Below are positions 26,972 through 41,249 of a stretch of DNA of 64,000 bases, one piece after another. Both the position numbers and the translations under genes were made by a program. Origin of the DNA: Basidiobolus meristosporus CBS 931.73 (taxonomy: Eukaryota; Fungi; Basidiobolomycota). The stretch is taken from contig MCFE01000151.1 in assembly GCA_002104905.1 (NCBI GenBank), positions 89,256 to 153,255 of the forward strand, in the 5' to 3' direction. The first letter of the stretch is position 1. Each line of letters begins with the position of its first letter. The notes under the pieces are model-generated. The model was not told where the DNA came from. It saw only the letters and a program-made list of their open reading frames with translations, and made no database searches.

Positions 26972-27735
26972 GCTATATCAATGAAAATATTTAGTCATAT
27001 GAAAAGTATGGGTACTCTTGGAATATACACATACTGAGACCTAAATGAGTACTCAAGTAGGGATTCTTACAAAGAGTAACAATGTTTTATTCAATATATC
27101 AACAGATGTTTACCTCAGTGCCCCCTATTGACTCAAAAGGGCATACGCCCCAAGCAAGTAGTGCCAGAGATTGCCAGCACCTCTATTTCCAACATGCTGT
27201 AACTAAGAAATCTCATGAAGGCTCCAAGTTTGCTTCATAGTGATGATGTTCAACACAAGGACAAAGGTCTTCAGGAGCCTGTCATCAGTATAGAAAATGA
27301 GCCTTAGGGGATCCTGGAAGATATGGACAAGCACTGGCTCAAAGATTAAAGAGCTGGAAACATAATATCCTTTGGCCTAAATGGTGAACAAATGATGTTG
27401 CATTCAAAGGTAACGTAGGCCAGAAGGCCTGGTTGGAGCCAAGGGATGTCTACCAGATTAAGCTCCTTAGAAATAAGCCATTCTGAAGGAGCTTACTCAA
27501 TGAAAGAAAGCAGTCCACATAAGATTCCAAACAACAAACGTGATTAATGAGTCCCTAATACAGATATGGTACGCCCCAGGTAGGAGTGGCTTTATCAGAA
27601 TATTTCACACTTCAGCTTTAATGTTAGCACTGAGAGATTAAGTTAAGATTAGGGGAACGGGCTGGGAGTATAGCAGAAAAGGTTAAGTGGGGGTGGAATA
27701 GATCAGGGAAGGTCGGGAGGGAGGTGGCCGTTAAA

Positions 27736-29602
27736 TCACATCAACTTCTTTGACCGGTTGAGGTAGTTGCGAAGATATTGGGCACATTCAAGACGTTTCC
27801 CTTGTTGTTCAATTATATCGCATAGACGTCTGGTGATGGACTTTCTCATCTCTACCAAGCTAATGAACACCTTCCGTCCTTGGTGATGCTCCTTCCCTAC
27901 GACTGCGGCAAATACCTTCCAAGCGGTGGTCAACGTTTTGATCATGTCGTATCTTCGGTCCACGCTATGTACATGATACGTGGCGAAAGAAGACACAAGC
28001 ACTACGGAAATAAAGAAGCCGAAGGTGCTGTAATTCATTGTCTTCCACAGAAGGGCGAAAAGTCCACCATACAGACAAGGCATGAGAAGTACCGTGGAGA
28101 GCAGCTTCATTTGAGCCTTGGTTTCCTCATACTGCTCGTTCTTCTCGAGCCATTTGGCAATGACGAATATGGGAAAGTGAAAGATAAAGCCTGGAAGAGA
28201 TAGAGGAACCTCGATCAAGAGCTTGGTGGCGTTCCATACCAAATCCAAGGTGACTCGAAATATCCCCACCTTTTTATGTTGATATTTATGGATGCTCGAA
28301 TCATTCACTCCAAGGAGCTTTAACGCCTCGTCATACTCAGCAAGAAGCTCTCGTACCAACTTCGTCTCAGGGTCACTCTCAAGCTTCTCGAAAAGATCCA
28401 CAAAGCTACACACTTGAGATTGAGTCGGAGGGCAACAAACGGACAGCGCAATTGAAGAGGCTCTCACCTTTGGCTGACCCTCACATAATCCGGAAGATAC
28501 GAGTCTTCATCAGGGAAAAGGATCTTGCGAGCTAGATGGGCTTGGTTGAAAGTGTCCCTGCGATGCGAAAGTAGCCTTCGTTAATGCCAACAGTATATAC
28601 AGAGTCGCCAGTGAGGTGTTACCAAGTAAGCGCATTAACAGTGATATCTGCCAAAGCCTCGTGAATCGCCAACGTTAGCTGTTTAACCGTGGCCTTTGGA
28701 TTCTCTTTGAAACCATCCAAAAATGGCTCAATATCAACAGGGTCACCGTAACTTCAAGGTATCCATTAGTGCGCTTGGTTAATGCCTACAATGAGAGTAT
28801 CTGTACGTACTGGACTATCGCTGCACTTCTCCACTTTTGTTTGTGTGTGTAAGTGATTCCAACGGGAACGATCTTGATCATTTTTGTTTTCGGCCCGTTA
28901 ATGGCGGTTTTAGCTTGATCTCGAAGTTTGGCACCATACTCCAAGGCGGCCTATCAAGCCGAAATTGATTAACTAGAGGCGAGGGCTATTTCAAAGTATG
29001 TGTACTCTACCCAAGAGGCTCCGTCTTTTAAGTCCATGATGTGCGGAAGTGTGTACGACGTCCCTAAGGCTTCGCGTCAGCAAAAGCAACCAACCAGCAC
29101 GTGCAAATAGTAGTGAAGATACCTTCAGGGAACAAGGCAACCACGCCGTTCTGCTCAAACACTTCAAATGTAGCATTGAACAACAGGTCGTTGTTTTTGG
29201 TTTGGCGATCTACAGCAACGGCTCCAAGGGAATCCAAAATCCATTTGGCCAGTTTGTTCTTGAAGAAAATGTTCGCTGCCCAGAAATGACATTGAATATT
29301 CTCGGGAGTAGTTGTGAGTAGTATGCCAGGATCAAGAATCATGTTGCAGTGAGTGCTAGAACACAGAACGGGTCGATTAATATGTGGAAATGGAGAACAT
29401 GCCAATCACCAAATTCAGTACCCAGTCCTACGCAAAAGTGGATTAGTTTACAAAACGTTATCGAAGGCTCCATAGATCACACATACATAAGCAGTGGGCG
29501 ATCGTCAGGGAGCTGGTCGGCACCAAGGACCTCAATCTGCTTAAACCATATCCAGAAAGCACCCTTTGCTAAGGTTCTTACGCCATTGTATAAACGAGGC
29601 AT
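27736..29602 (-). CDS. Glycerol-3-phosphate / DHAP acyltransferase (Gpt2/Sct1-like), multi-exon
   Basis: MPRLYNGVRTLAKGAFWIWFKQIEVLG start; acyltransferase motifs THCNMILD, LGAVAVDR, ALFPEG; C-terminal TM segment; GT-AG introns (exact exon borders partly uncertain). Confidence 0.85.
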
Positions 29603-30796
29603 GTTGATAGAGGTGTTACTGAAGAGCTTGGGTAAAATAGGTCAACTTGGGCTGAGACTAGAGTTGTAACTATAAGCGGATAATAAATAAGAAAATCCAG
29701 CATCATATATCAGATGAATATTACCAAAATGGCTAATAGCGTTTGGCAAATTAGGAAGGGAAGATTACCAAATCTCGCCTTGTTACGTGTAGCGAACACA
29801 ACGGGTGAAAAATCAAGGGCTGACTATTCGACGGCCAGATAACCGATCTTGATCTGCTTTAACTACTCTGGCTATATGCCGCTACGCACTTGGCACTCCG
29901 TACTCAATGCTTAGCACGCAGCATTCACGAAGCGTGGTATCGTTTCACCGATGGTCACACATGATGCTGCGATGACGACATCTGCCAACACAGTCAAGCG
30001 CAGCCAGGGAACAGATCCTGGCGATACAAACAAATGCTAAATTAGAAGGGTTGATTTACAAATGGGATAATCTTCTGCTCAGTAGCCATTCATGGGCAGG
30101 AAAGAACATGCAGAACCATCGCTTGGATTGATGGACGTTATTGGAAGTTGTTGATACCTAAGCGGTTACTTTATGCCGATTCACTACAGAAACTCTCGTA
30201 GGGTCGTGGGGTAATGCTCACCTCGTGTAATCCTTTTACCGGTGCGGAGATAAAGCCTTTTAACAGACAATAGACACATGCCGGATGCCGTTAGTTACAG
30301 CCAGAGGTTTAAATGATGAAGCAAGTGTGTTTAGAGTTGATCCCAGTGCCTCTTTGTTGCCTTGCCGTTTCTGCCAGCAACAGGCCTTGGGACATTATCG
30401 CCGCTTGCCCGGCTGGCTTACTTTATCATAATCAGGAGGGCCAAGCCAGCATCGATGCTGTAGACTGAATGCGTTTGCTCAGAAGCAGTATCGATGGGAT
30501 TGAGACAGATCCTAGGGCAACCAGATTGGCTGCAGAATGTAAACTTACACATCATCAACTATTTGCCTTGGACTCATCATCAGTTTTACCGTGAAGATTT
30601 CATTCATTTCTTGGGTATCACATCCTCTCTTCAATTGGGAGTTGATGAAATAAGCTGGGGAAATTGTGTTGGCCCCAAATAATATCATTAAATCAGGGGC
30701 TCCACCCCACGAAAATAGCGTCCCATTTTAGACCAAATATCTAAATCGATTTCTAGTATCATTCGAATGAATAGCAGTAGTGCGTTTTCTACCAAC

Positions 30797-33181
30797 ATGT
30801 TACGTCTAATCTCAACCTCGGGAAACATCCGCAGAGTTCCCACTCTGCTTCGTAATGCTAGAGGTACAGTCTACACTCCTTTGCCCATAATTCACTCAAT
30901 CTCTCCAGTTGTTCTCTATACATATATAAGTAGACACGTGATGTCTTTGTGAGCATACAATGTTGTGTTGCTGGAGTTCAGAACTAGCCATAATACTTGA
31001 CTGCCTTCATGTGTGCCTCAATGTTCAACTCCGCAATGTTTGCTAACTTCCTGACTCTTTCTAGCCTCTCGGTGTTTCGGTTCTACTGCTGCCCGTAAAG
31101 AAGAAATCGAATTATTCATTGATGGTAAGCCAGTGAAGATTGAGCAAGGAGCTGCTCTTATTCAAGCCTGTGAAAAGGCTGGTGTGGACATTCCCAGATT
31201 CTGCTACCATGAGCGTTTGTCTGTTGCTGGTAATTGCAGAATGTGTCTCGTCGAATTGGAGAAGTCCCCCAAGCCAGTTGCTTCTTGCGCCATGCCAGCT
31301 ATGCCAGGCATGAAGATTCGCACCAATACCCCGCTCGTCAAAAAAGCTCGCGAAGGTGTCATGGAATTCTTATTGGCAAATCACCCACTCGATTGCCCTA
31401 TTTGTGACCAAGGTGGTGAGTGTGATTTACAAGACCAGTCCGTTCGTTACGGATCCGATCGCAGTCGCTTCTCTGAAATCGTTGGTAAGCGGGCCGTGGA
31501 AGACAAAAACCTTGGCCCCCTCGTCAAAACATCTATGAATCGTTGCATCCAATGTACTCGTTGTGTTCGCTTTGCTAACGAAGTCGCGGGGGTTCCTGAG
31601 CTTGGAACCTCTGGCAGAGGAAACGATATGCAGATTGGTACATATGTTGAGCAGGCTATCAACTCTGAGATGTCTGGTAATTTGGTCGACCTTTGCCCGG
31701 TTGGTGCCTTGACTTCTAAGCCATATGCGTTCACATCTCGCCCTTGGGAGCTCAAGAAGACAGAATCAATTGACGTGCTTGACGCTGTCGGTAGTAATAT
31801 TCGTATTGATTCACGCGGAGTTGAGGTCATGAGGGTTTTGCCTCGTTTGAACGAAGAAATCAACGAAGAATGGATATCCGATAAGACCAGATTCGCTTGC
31901 GACGGCCTCAAGAGACAGCGCCTTACTACGCCTTTGATCCGACAAGGAGACAGCTTTGTTGCTGCCTCATGGGCTGAGGCATTGGGCGATGTAGCTGATA
32001 AACTTCGACAGACTCAGCCCGGTGAGTTGAAGGCAGTGGCTGGTCAATTAGCTGATACCGAAAGTATGGTGGCCTTAAAAGACCTCTTCAACCGCCTGGG
32101 ATCAGAAAATCTGACCATCGACAGTCCGTTGGACGGCAACACCCCCGCCCACGGAGTAGACATTCGTTCCAATTACCTATTTAACTCCACCCTTGCTGGT
32201 GTAGACGAGGCAGATGTTGTGCTTCTAGTGGGCACTAATCCACGCCACGAGGCACCAACACTCAACACTCGCCTTAGACGAAACTACCTTCACAACGGAC
32301 TTGATATTGGTATCGTTGGCCAACCACATGATTTGACTTACGATTACGATCATATTGGTGATAACGCTATTGCCATTGAAAAGCTTCTTTCAGGAGAACA
32401 TCCGTTTGCCAAGCGACTTGCCGAGGCCAAAAAACCCATGATTATTGTTGGTAGTGGTATTTCGGAGCACAAGGACGCCTCGGCCACCTTCAAATCACTG
32501 TCTCAGTTCGTTCAGAAGAACCAATCGAAGTTCTTCCAAGAGGGCTGGAACGGCTTCAATGTATTGCAACGTGCTGCCAGCAGAGCCGGTGCTTTCGACA
32601 TAGGCTTCGTACCCCAAGCTGAGCCCACCCCTGCCAAGTTCGTCTACCTCCTTGGAGCTGATGAAATCCAATCTTCAGATATTCCCAAGAATGCATTTGT
32701 TGTCTACCAGGGCCACCATGGAGACGCAGGTGCTCACCTTGCTGACGTGATTCTTCCCGGTGCCGCATACACCGAGAAGACCGCTACCTACATCAACACC
32801 GAAGGCAGAGCCCAGCTGACCAGAGCAGCTGTCTCTCCTCCATCCGGAGCTCGTGAGGATTGGAAGATTATCCGCGCCCTTTCCGAGGTTGCTGGCGCCA
32901 CCCTTCCATATGATGATGTCACCACATTGCGTGAGCGTATGGGGGATATTGCCCCCCACCTTGTGCGCTACGAGTCCGTAGAGCCCACATCGCAGGCCAA
33001 CCTGGGCTTAGACCAGCTCACAAAACTTCAGGCCTCCGTCAAAGGAGACACCTTCACCACTGTGATCAAAGACTTCTACATGACCGATGCTATCAGTAGA
33101 GCATCTTCCACTATGGCCAAGTGCTCAGCTGCTTTCTCTCGCAACTCCGGCCAGGAGCCTCTGAAAGTTTCCCACGCCTAG
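30797..33181 (+). CDS. NDUFS1: NADH:ubiquinone oxidoreductase 75-kDa Fe-S subunit
   Basis: Presequence exon 30797-30863, intron 30864-31064 (GT..GCTAAC..AG); [41 protein letters not shown] motifs. Confidence 0.98.
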
Positions 33182-33581
33182 GTGCTTCACGTTTGACCAG
33201 CAAGTTCCCTCTCCTAGCCAGACATTCACACCAATTCTCTACCAGAAACACATCATCTACACCCCCGCGGTATTTGGTCACGTAGTCTCATTAAGCTCAA
33301 TTATTTGAGAATGTAAATGATTAACTGAATCCTCCACAAGACAACAAGTGCTTTATTTACCATTAAACTTGTGATGAAAATCAGACATTCCCCATGAAAG
33401 CCCTTTTGAGCCTTCATCGTTTTGTCGTCGAGTAATAGCACATTAGCAGGCGGGGGATGATCTAATGGGTGATGAATCAGGCTCAACAATGTAAATCCCC
33501 GATCGATTCTCCATTTAAAATAAACCTTATTCCGTGTGCAAACGGCAAAGTTCTTTTCATTTAGCACGTCCCTCTTCCCTG

Positions 33582-34351
33582 ATGTTTCGTACCATCGCTG
33601 TAATAGGTGCATGTACGGTGGCTACAGCGGCATATTATGCGTCACAGCTGATGAGATATAGTTCAGAAGAGGAGAAGAAGGTAGTTTAGCTTCCACATTT
33701 CCAACGCAGCCTAGCCCAGGTTTACGAACTCAACTTTTCAGAGGTCCATCTTTGGGAAAAGCATAAACTGGAAGAGCCTGGCCTTCACTGCTGTGGATGA
33801 TAGGTATTTTCTCTCCTGATTCGATTCACTGGCAACCACCAGCTTTGCGCTAATACCTGTACTGAAGAGTTCGCGGAGGCCGGAGCCAGAGCCATTTAAC
33901 GGTTAATAGGGAAGGAACTGCAGCCGTCTTTCACGGTCATCTAGACTACACCGCACTAGGTGGAGCGGGATTTGCTTCACAATTCTATTCCAAACCAGGG
34001 AGCCCTTATAACTTGAGGGAGTTTCAGGGACTTTGTATTGAAACTGAGGATGGTGATGGCAAAACGTATGCTATCAATCTGAAGACCGAGCATTCCCCCA
34101 AGAGACCTGACAATAGAAATGCTAGCGTTGTCGAATATAAGTATTTATTCACCCCAGGACCCGAACGCCAAACGTTCTTCGCTCCCTTCGAGGAATTCAA
34201 GCCATACTATCGTGGTAGAATGCTGGACGAAGACCGACTGGTTGATAAGAGTGATATCAAGTCTGTTAGTTTGATGGCTTCTTCTTTTTTTGCCAAGCAA
34301 GGGGGAGATTTTTCGGTCACATTTGTCAGCGTAAGCGCTTATAAAAATTAA
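33582..34351 (+). CDS. CIA30 / NDUFAF1-family protein
   Basis: Spliced model (introns about 33600-33741 and 33804-33867) gives WKSLAFTAVDDRVRGGRSQS...LGGAGFAS...GDGKTYAINLK...FKPYYRGR. First exon is less certain. Confidence 0.8.
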
Positions 34352-35918
34352 CCTTACTTCGCTCAGGATTCGGATATCTTGGATTCAAAGATGGAATAGA
34401 ACATTGGTTAGTGTCAAACTCTGGCAAGTAACCATTACTTGCAGTAACATGTTTCGAATGACTGGTTGATGTGGCACTCATGCACAAAACACAGCCCTCC
34501 AGCATCTATCACGAGATGTGGAGTATGCAAACCCAACTCCAAACTGGCAAGTTTTGGCTGATAGAATCTTCAATGGTCCAAAACCAGGCACTAATATCAA
34601 TCACCCATCTATTGATGAGACTGTGAGCTATTGAGTAAATCAGCAGAATCATACCTATTTCATCTGGATGACCAACCTGGCCTTCCACCCACCTCTATAA
34701 ATCAGCGCACCACTGCCTGTGGTCATGAATGTGTATTTTATGCACCAGTACATAGCATTGACGCTCACCAACGTGCATCCCAAGCTAGCCTCGATGATTC
34801 GATCTCGTAATTGGAATGCACTCAAGCTTTGGCTGATCAAGTCTAGGGAGCGATATACCCACTGGTCAGGTTCTTCGTGGAAATGCTTTCATTGGCTGGT
34901 CATCATATTGCAGCCAGTGCCTGTCTACTGATCTACGTTATCTTAGCACAACCAAGACTTAAACACATGCGCAACAGCACATGAGCGTTCAAGCACCTGA
35001 GGTAAATGGCGGTATCACTCAGGATCAGGTGATGCTGTCACCTTCAACCCGAGGACTGACAAACGTAATGGGCGGTGGGCCAATAGATAGCCAACAATGC
35101 TGTGCTCACAAATAATGGGATCTACTTGAAGTCTTGTGCAAGCTTGAGCATAGATAACTCTCGAACTAACGCAGTGAAAACCCTAAAATCCGATTCTGAG
35201 CCAACAGATCAACTGGCCGGGATAGCTATCCCTTACTCGCTGTTATTGACCACACAGCCTATGCTGGGATAAATAGAGTGATTTTGCACTACATTAATTA
35301 TCTGGTTATATTAGGAACCTTGATTGTTCCCGTTCAGGTTCTGGAGACGACTGTTGATTCGTTCAAATATACTAGTTTATATTTCAGTAGTCACTAACAA
35401 CTAGAGTGATCACTGAGCTTTGTTTGAATAATGCTAATAGGAAATTTTATTTCGTGCCATATTCATGTATGCTCATGGGTTTGGATGTCATTACCAGATT
35501 TTAATAATCACCAAGATTTTCCATCTCTTGTGTTGGCGGATTCTCCCCTTTCTTGTCTTTCTTTCACCTACAATAGTTCACCCATTTTTACGGCTTTGTA
35601 TTTTCCAGCTAATATTTCTCTGTGCGCTTCAACATTAAGTTTGCACCAGTCCACTAGCAGCGATTGTTATTTTTCTATAGAAGGCCTTGTTCACTATTCG
35701 AGGCAGAGAGGCAGTACATCTACGAGTCAAACCTGAACTCACGCTAGTTTTCGATATCTGGAGACGAAGGTATTTTACTTTCTCAGGCACCTCAGCTATT
35801 TCTACGTTGGCTCTCATTTGAGTAGTTGCCCTGAAAGTTCCTTCCCTGATAAACAATAACCTGGAGAGTCTTCCACTTACAGACCTCTTATCTCATACCT
35901 GGGGTTAATTTACCAACC

Positions 35919-37240
35919 ATGGGAAATCACTCATCGAAAAAATCAAAGAGCTCTCCTGAAGGCGATACCACAGTAGTAAAAGGTCGAAGGGGTTCTCTCC
36001 CGTTCATTGATATTCTGAACAATAATGGCAACGGTGAAGCTGGTGAAGAGGAAGAGCAAGGTCAGGAAAACCCGGACTCGATTCTTTTGCGTCCAGGAGG
36101 TTCACAAAACAACACTGAGCTTGGTGTAGACGCCATCATCGCACCAACCATAACCTCGGTCATATCAACACATGGTCGTATGGGAAGTGACAAGTTGAAA
36201 GCTTTGAACATCGATGATATAATACTTCGTTTACTTGAAGCAGGGTATTCTGGCAAGGTCACTAAGACCCCATGCTTGAAAAATACGGAGATCGTTGCGG
36301 TGTGCGAGGCAGCTCGTGAGGTGTTTTTGTCCCAGCCTTCACTTGTCGAGTTATCGCCACCGATAAAGATTGCCGGAGATATCCATGGGCAATTCACCGA
36401 TCTTCTCCGCCTTTTTGATATGTGCGGCTTCCCGCCAAATGCCAATTTTCTTTTCTTGGGAGACTATGTCGATCGCGGACGCCAAAGTTTGGAAACCATC
36501 CTGCTTTTATTATGTTACAAGATTAAATACCCGGAAAATTTCTTCCTATTGAGAGGGAACCACGAATGTGCCAACGTTACTAGAGGTAATATTAGGATTG
36601 TTCGATATCACCAGTTGTCACACCACACCAATGGCTAACCATTTTCTTACGAACAGTGTACGGGTTCTATGACGAATGTAAAAGGAGATGTAACATCAAG
36701 ATCTGGAAGACCTTCATCAATGTTTTTGACACTCTTCCAATCGCAGCCTTGGTAGCAGGCAAGATCTTCTGTGTTCATGGCGGCCTCTCACCACATCTTC
36801 AACATATGGACGACATTCGGAGGATTGAGCGCCCGACTGACATTCCGGACTACGGCCTACTGAATGATCTTCTTTGGAGTGATCCCAGTGAAGCAGTTGC
36901 CGAATGGGAGGATAGCGAGAGAGGAGTCTCCTATTGCTTTGGTAAAGCGGTGGTGGATGATTTCCTCGCAACCCATGACATCGATCTTGTGTGTCGTGCA
37001 CATATGGTAGTCGAAGACGGCTACGAGTTTTTCAATGGCCGCACCTTAGTCACGGTATTTTCCGCGCCCAATTACTGTGGTGAATTTGATAATTACGGAG
37101 CAGTGATGAATGTGAACGATGAGTTGCTATGCAGTTTTGAGTTGCTGAAACCTGTAGATACACCATTACTTCGACAACAAATCTTGAAAGGAATTCGTCG
37201 GCAATCACCTCCGGTGCAAAACGTTCGACAATCGGTGTAG
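35919..37240 (+). CDS. PPZ1: Ppz-type (PP1-related) Ser/Thr phosphatase
   Basis: MGNHSS myristoylation-type start, N-terminal extension, GDIHG / GDYVDRG / LRGNHE motifs; intron 36586-36656 restores [23 protein letters not shown]. Confidence 0.85.
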
Positions 37241-37888
37241 GCTTCCTAAATAGACAAGTTCTGGAAACTACTGTACACTTGATCTTTATCTCTTATACCT
37301 CTATCATAATGGCCCATCTTTCTTCTCGGCGCTCTTAATGATCCAAAGCATGACTTTTTTCACCACCCACTTCGAGTCTCTCCTCCTTTTCTCTTTCCTT
37401 TTCCTCTTAGCGATCAATGGCCTTCCCATCTTTTTCTACCCACGAGACGGATCCGTCGCCTCCCCACCTTACCACGAACGCTGTACAACACAAATGAACT
37501 CGTTGACAAGATTCCTGTTGTATATATGTTCGATCGGTGCCGGGAAAACTAAGGTTACCATGAACTGGAAACATAGCGACGTGTAAACACCATCCCTCTA
37601 TCCATTCACAATAAAGTCAATACACATCCGGTGTTAGCAGGGATGTCTCAGCGACGACCATTGGACAGACGGAGAACCACGATATTGGTGGGTACCAGTT
37701 TGGGTTAAGTTTATTGACAAAATTTCCATTTAAATTGACGTGCATCAAAATATTATTAACAATCTGGGACACTTTCTATTCTCCGTCACATGGATGAGTG
37801 GTGATTGATCAACATCAACGAATGGCTCGATGAGTATGAGCTGGGCCGAAGACCCCCGCCAATACCATGGCCATTACCATCAGCACCA

Positions 37889-40188
37889 CTACACTGTAGG
37901 GATTTGGGTAGTGGAGACGGAGGCAGCGGAGCTAGCGGTCTCGTCGGTCATTCGGTTGCAATCGAAATCCCACTTGGGACGCCATTGGCTGGCTCTGCAC
38001 TTCTGCTTGGTCCAGGATGTACCGTAGGCAAGGGGGCTGAAGAGGAAATAGACGTAAACAACGGTGATGCAGATCAACAACACCAAGAGAAGTCGGAGTT
38101 TGCAAGGGATGGATCTGGTCAGCTGTTCGAACGCAACGCACAACAATAGGATGGCGAAATACAAGGCGGGGAGGTAATGGTGGAGGAACAGCTGGCGGGC
38201 CATCAGGAAGAAGGGCAAGAAATGTAAGGCCCATCCGATGGAAAAGAAGCCACCGTTGTTCAGGAGCTCGGTGATTCTCTCTGGGCAAAAGAACGAAGGG
38301 TTTCAGTATCAGCAAAACGAAGTTAGGTGTAGACCAGCTTACCATTCACGGAGTCTTTGTAACCGCGTTGACGGCGGAGGACCAGGATACCGGCGGACGC
38401 GAAGAAAAAGGCCAGCACAACCGAGGTGCTCCACCAGATGATGGGGTTGCCCATCAAGTAGACCTGAGCATCATTCTTACTCCAGAAGCTGATACCACGC
38501 CACAAGAGAGGCCAGTCCGCTGGGCGAGAGCCGAATGGATGGTACGAGGATAGTCCGGCATTCACTCGCCACATGACCTTGTGGAGTTCCAGGAACTTCT
38601 CCATGAAGCTGGGCTTACGGTAGTTGATCTTGGGGGAATCTTCGGGTAGGCGATCGTCCATCACGGTGTCAATGACCCAGAGGGTTTTGGGGATCTTGGC
38701 CTCTCTCATACAGGCGACTTCGAGCTGTTCTGAACCCCACTTGGGCAGCTTGACATTGTGGGTATACAAGGCACATCCCATCTTGTTGTGGATCAGGCGG
38801 AACTTGCTGTGGAAAGCGATGAGACGGTCCGCGGACTCGGGGACGCTTCGGTCATGGTCGTAGATCTCAACCCTCCAGAGGTCGTTCGAATCACCCCACT
38901 CGTAGCCACTCACCTCGAAGTGGATCTTGCTGTCGGTCACCGGGGCTTTGACATCGTGACTATGGAGGCGTTTCTTGGTAACCGCGTGGAGAAGGCGGAC
39001 CACATCACCGTTCTTCACCCATTCCAGATTGGTGTCGGTAGAGTTGTCATCCTCGGCCTTGGTGATGATCCAGTTGTTGTGGTGATCGCGGTGGGAATAC
39101 AGCGTCACCTGTTGCTGACGACTTCCGGTGGGATAGTAATGGGGGTGCGAATGAAGATACCCGTTGATGACATCATGGTGGATCTTGACTTTGGCGCCGT
39201 AAGCAATGTCCTGGAGACTGTCGGGGATTTCACCACCACGGAGCGAGCTGCGGAACTGGGGAGACATGAAGCCATTCCCCTCACCACTCTCCTTAAGCAC
39301 CATGAGATGGACTTGGAATAATGAGGTGTAAATCACACCTGGCAAGGCAATCAAGCAAAGAACTCTGGCCATGAATTCCTTCAGGAAGCGGCTTGGGGTG
39401 ATGGACAAATCACCGAGCAGATCCCACAGCTGCTTAAGGGTACACAGACCGATGGTCGCGTACAAGAACAGCCCAACCCACTTCACGCTGCCGGTCAGGC
39501 CGAGGGAGACTCCGGAAGCGAAGAGCCAGAACCACCACTTGCAGGAAAATGAATTCCAGAGCTGGTTTTGGAAGTGGACCCATGACAGGATGGTCAAGGC
39601 AGTAAAGAAGACCAACGGGGAATCGAGAAGGATGTAGCGAAATTGGGTGGTGTAGGAATTTTCAAACGTAACAAGGAGGGCGCCCAGGCTCGCGGTCAAG
39701 TGAGAGCAGCGAGAAGCGCGTAGAGTGAAATATGCCATGGGCACCAGAAGCCAGCCCAGAACGCAGGAGAGCAATCTCATAGAAACATAAGGCACCTGGG
39801 GCTCGATATAATCCATACCGATCTCCTCGAAAGTGAAGTCACCGTTGAACCCGGCGAAATAGCCGGTGGCAGCAATCATCATTTTGGCCAGGGGCGGATG
39901 GACGTCCATGAAGAACTTGCTTTTGATGTATTTGCTGGCGAAACCACCGAAGTGGACCTCATCGAACACTACCGAGTCGGGCTTTGTGATGCGGTAGAAC
40001 CGCACAAACATAGCAAGAACGGTGATTGCAACAATGGTTACTAGGTGAGACCCCTTTATGACGGAGGTATCCTTGGTTGGCGGGGTGTGGGATTTGGATT
40101 TTCCATTATCGTCGCTTGGTTCAGGTCGAAGGTCAGTGGTTTCACTGAGCTGACCTCGCTTTCGTACTGTGCTTGCACTGGCCACCAT
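37889..40188 (-). CDS. PMT1: Dolichyl-phosphate-mannose protein O-mannosyltransferase, PMT1 subfamily
   Basis: VVFDEVHFGGFASKY...FMDVHPPLAKM, MIR domains, RQLFLHHYLPA; intron 38281-38342. Confidence 0.9.
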
Positions 40189-41249
40189 TTCTCCGGATAT
40201 CTATTAAGCTGGGATAACAGGTCAAGGGAGAGTAGCTGAAATACAACCGAGTATCCAGATAACGAAGATATTTCTCGAGTCCAACGATCGCATGGTACAC
40301 ATGGGGGATGGTGACATCACTCCGATTGGCTAACACGGGTGGAATCTAGAACCAGACACCTGGACTGAATCGAATTTGTATTTTAAGATATATTATAGAG
40401 TTTCCGATTCGAGCGGACACGCTAAGAAAATAGCAACGAACAAAAAAAAAATCCATTCACCAACAAAATAACGCGCATCGCCAGCAGCCATTGGGATCTG
40501 GGAAGGATCAAAGGAATCTTCTTCTGGGTGCCATGGCAAAAGCGAATCAACGGAGTCGGCTCCAGATAAACCTTTCTAAATAGCAGGGTTCGTCCCCCTT
40601 CAACACATAGCTACGGTCGGCTTGTCGTGCTTGGCCGGCTGGTGGGCGCAGCCTCAAAAGACATTGTGGCTTTCTTGGCCATGCCTCGGCATAAACCCCT
40701 CCAACAGTATAAGGCAAAGGAGCACGGTGCGCAGACGCGTAGCATATCGACCCTTCTAGTGGCAAGCACCGGAGCCATACAGTGTCAAGCATGAGCTCCA
40801 AGAAATGGTGAACGCGAGCAAGTTACACAACATGACACTATACCGATTTAGACCTAACTGGTCCGATCCTGTACGATTCACTTGATTCAAACAAACATCA
40901 TATGACCATCAAAGATCAAGAGAATCGACTGTTGAAGCGGAGAGCACACTACAGACAAAGACGGCCAAGATTTCGTTGGGGCCAGTTTATTTTTGGTATA
41001 TTTGACTTGGGCACTCCGCCATGATTCTGTTTCCGGTTACCTCTTGGAGATTGGAATCATACCGTTGCATATCACTCCAAATCAAGCTACGAATACCGAA
41101 AAGTGATCTGCTAAGTCTCACCTACTTGGCGTTGCGATCACCATGTCGTCACCGTGTGACTCTCTCACTTGCAGCAAAGAAAGGGGCAGATGAATGAGTC
41201 AGAGACAGGCTGTTGGGATCCATAAGCGCTGCTGTTTGTCATGGGCATA

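Noticed and set aside
38624-39637. Long ORFs overlapping PMT1 (similar ones overlap NDUFS1, ECT1, the zinc-finger gene and the LINE RT)
   Set aside because: Antisense or shifted-frame shadows of GC-rich coding sequence, with no independent motifs.
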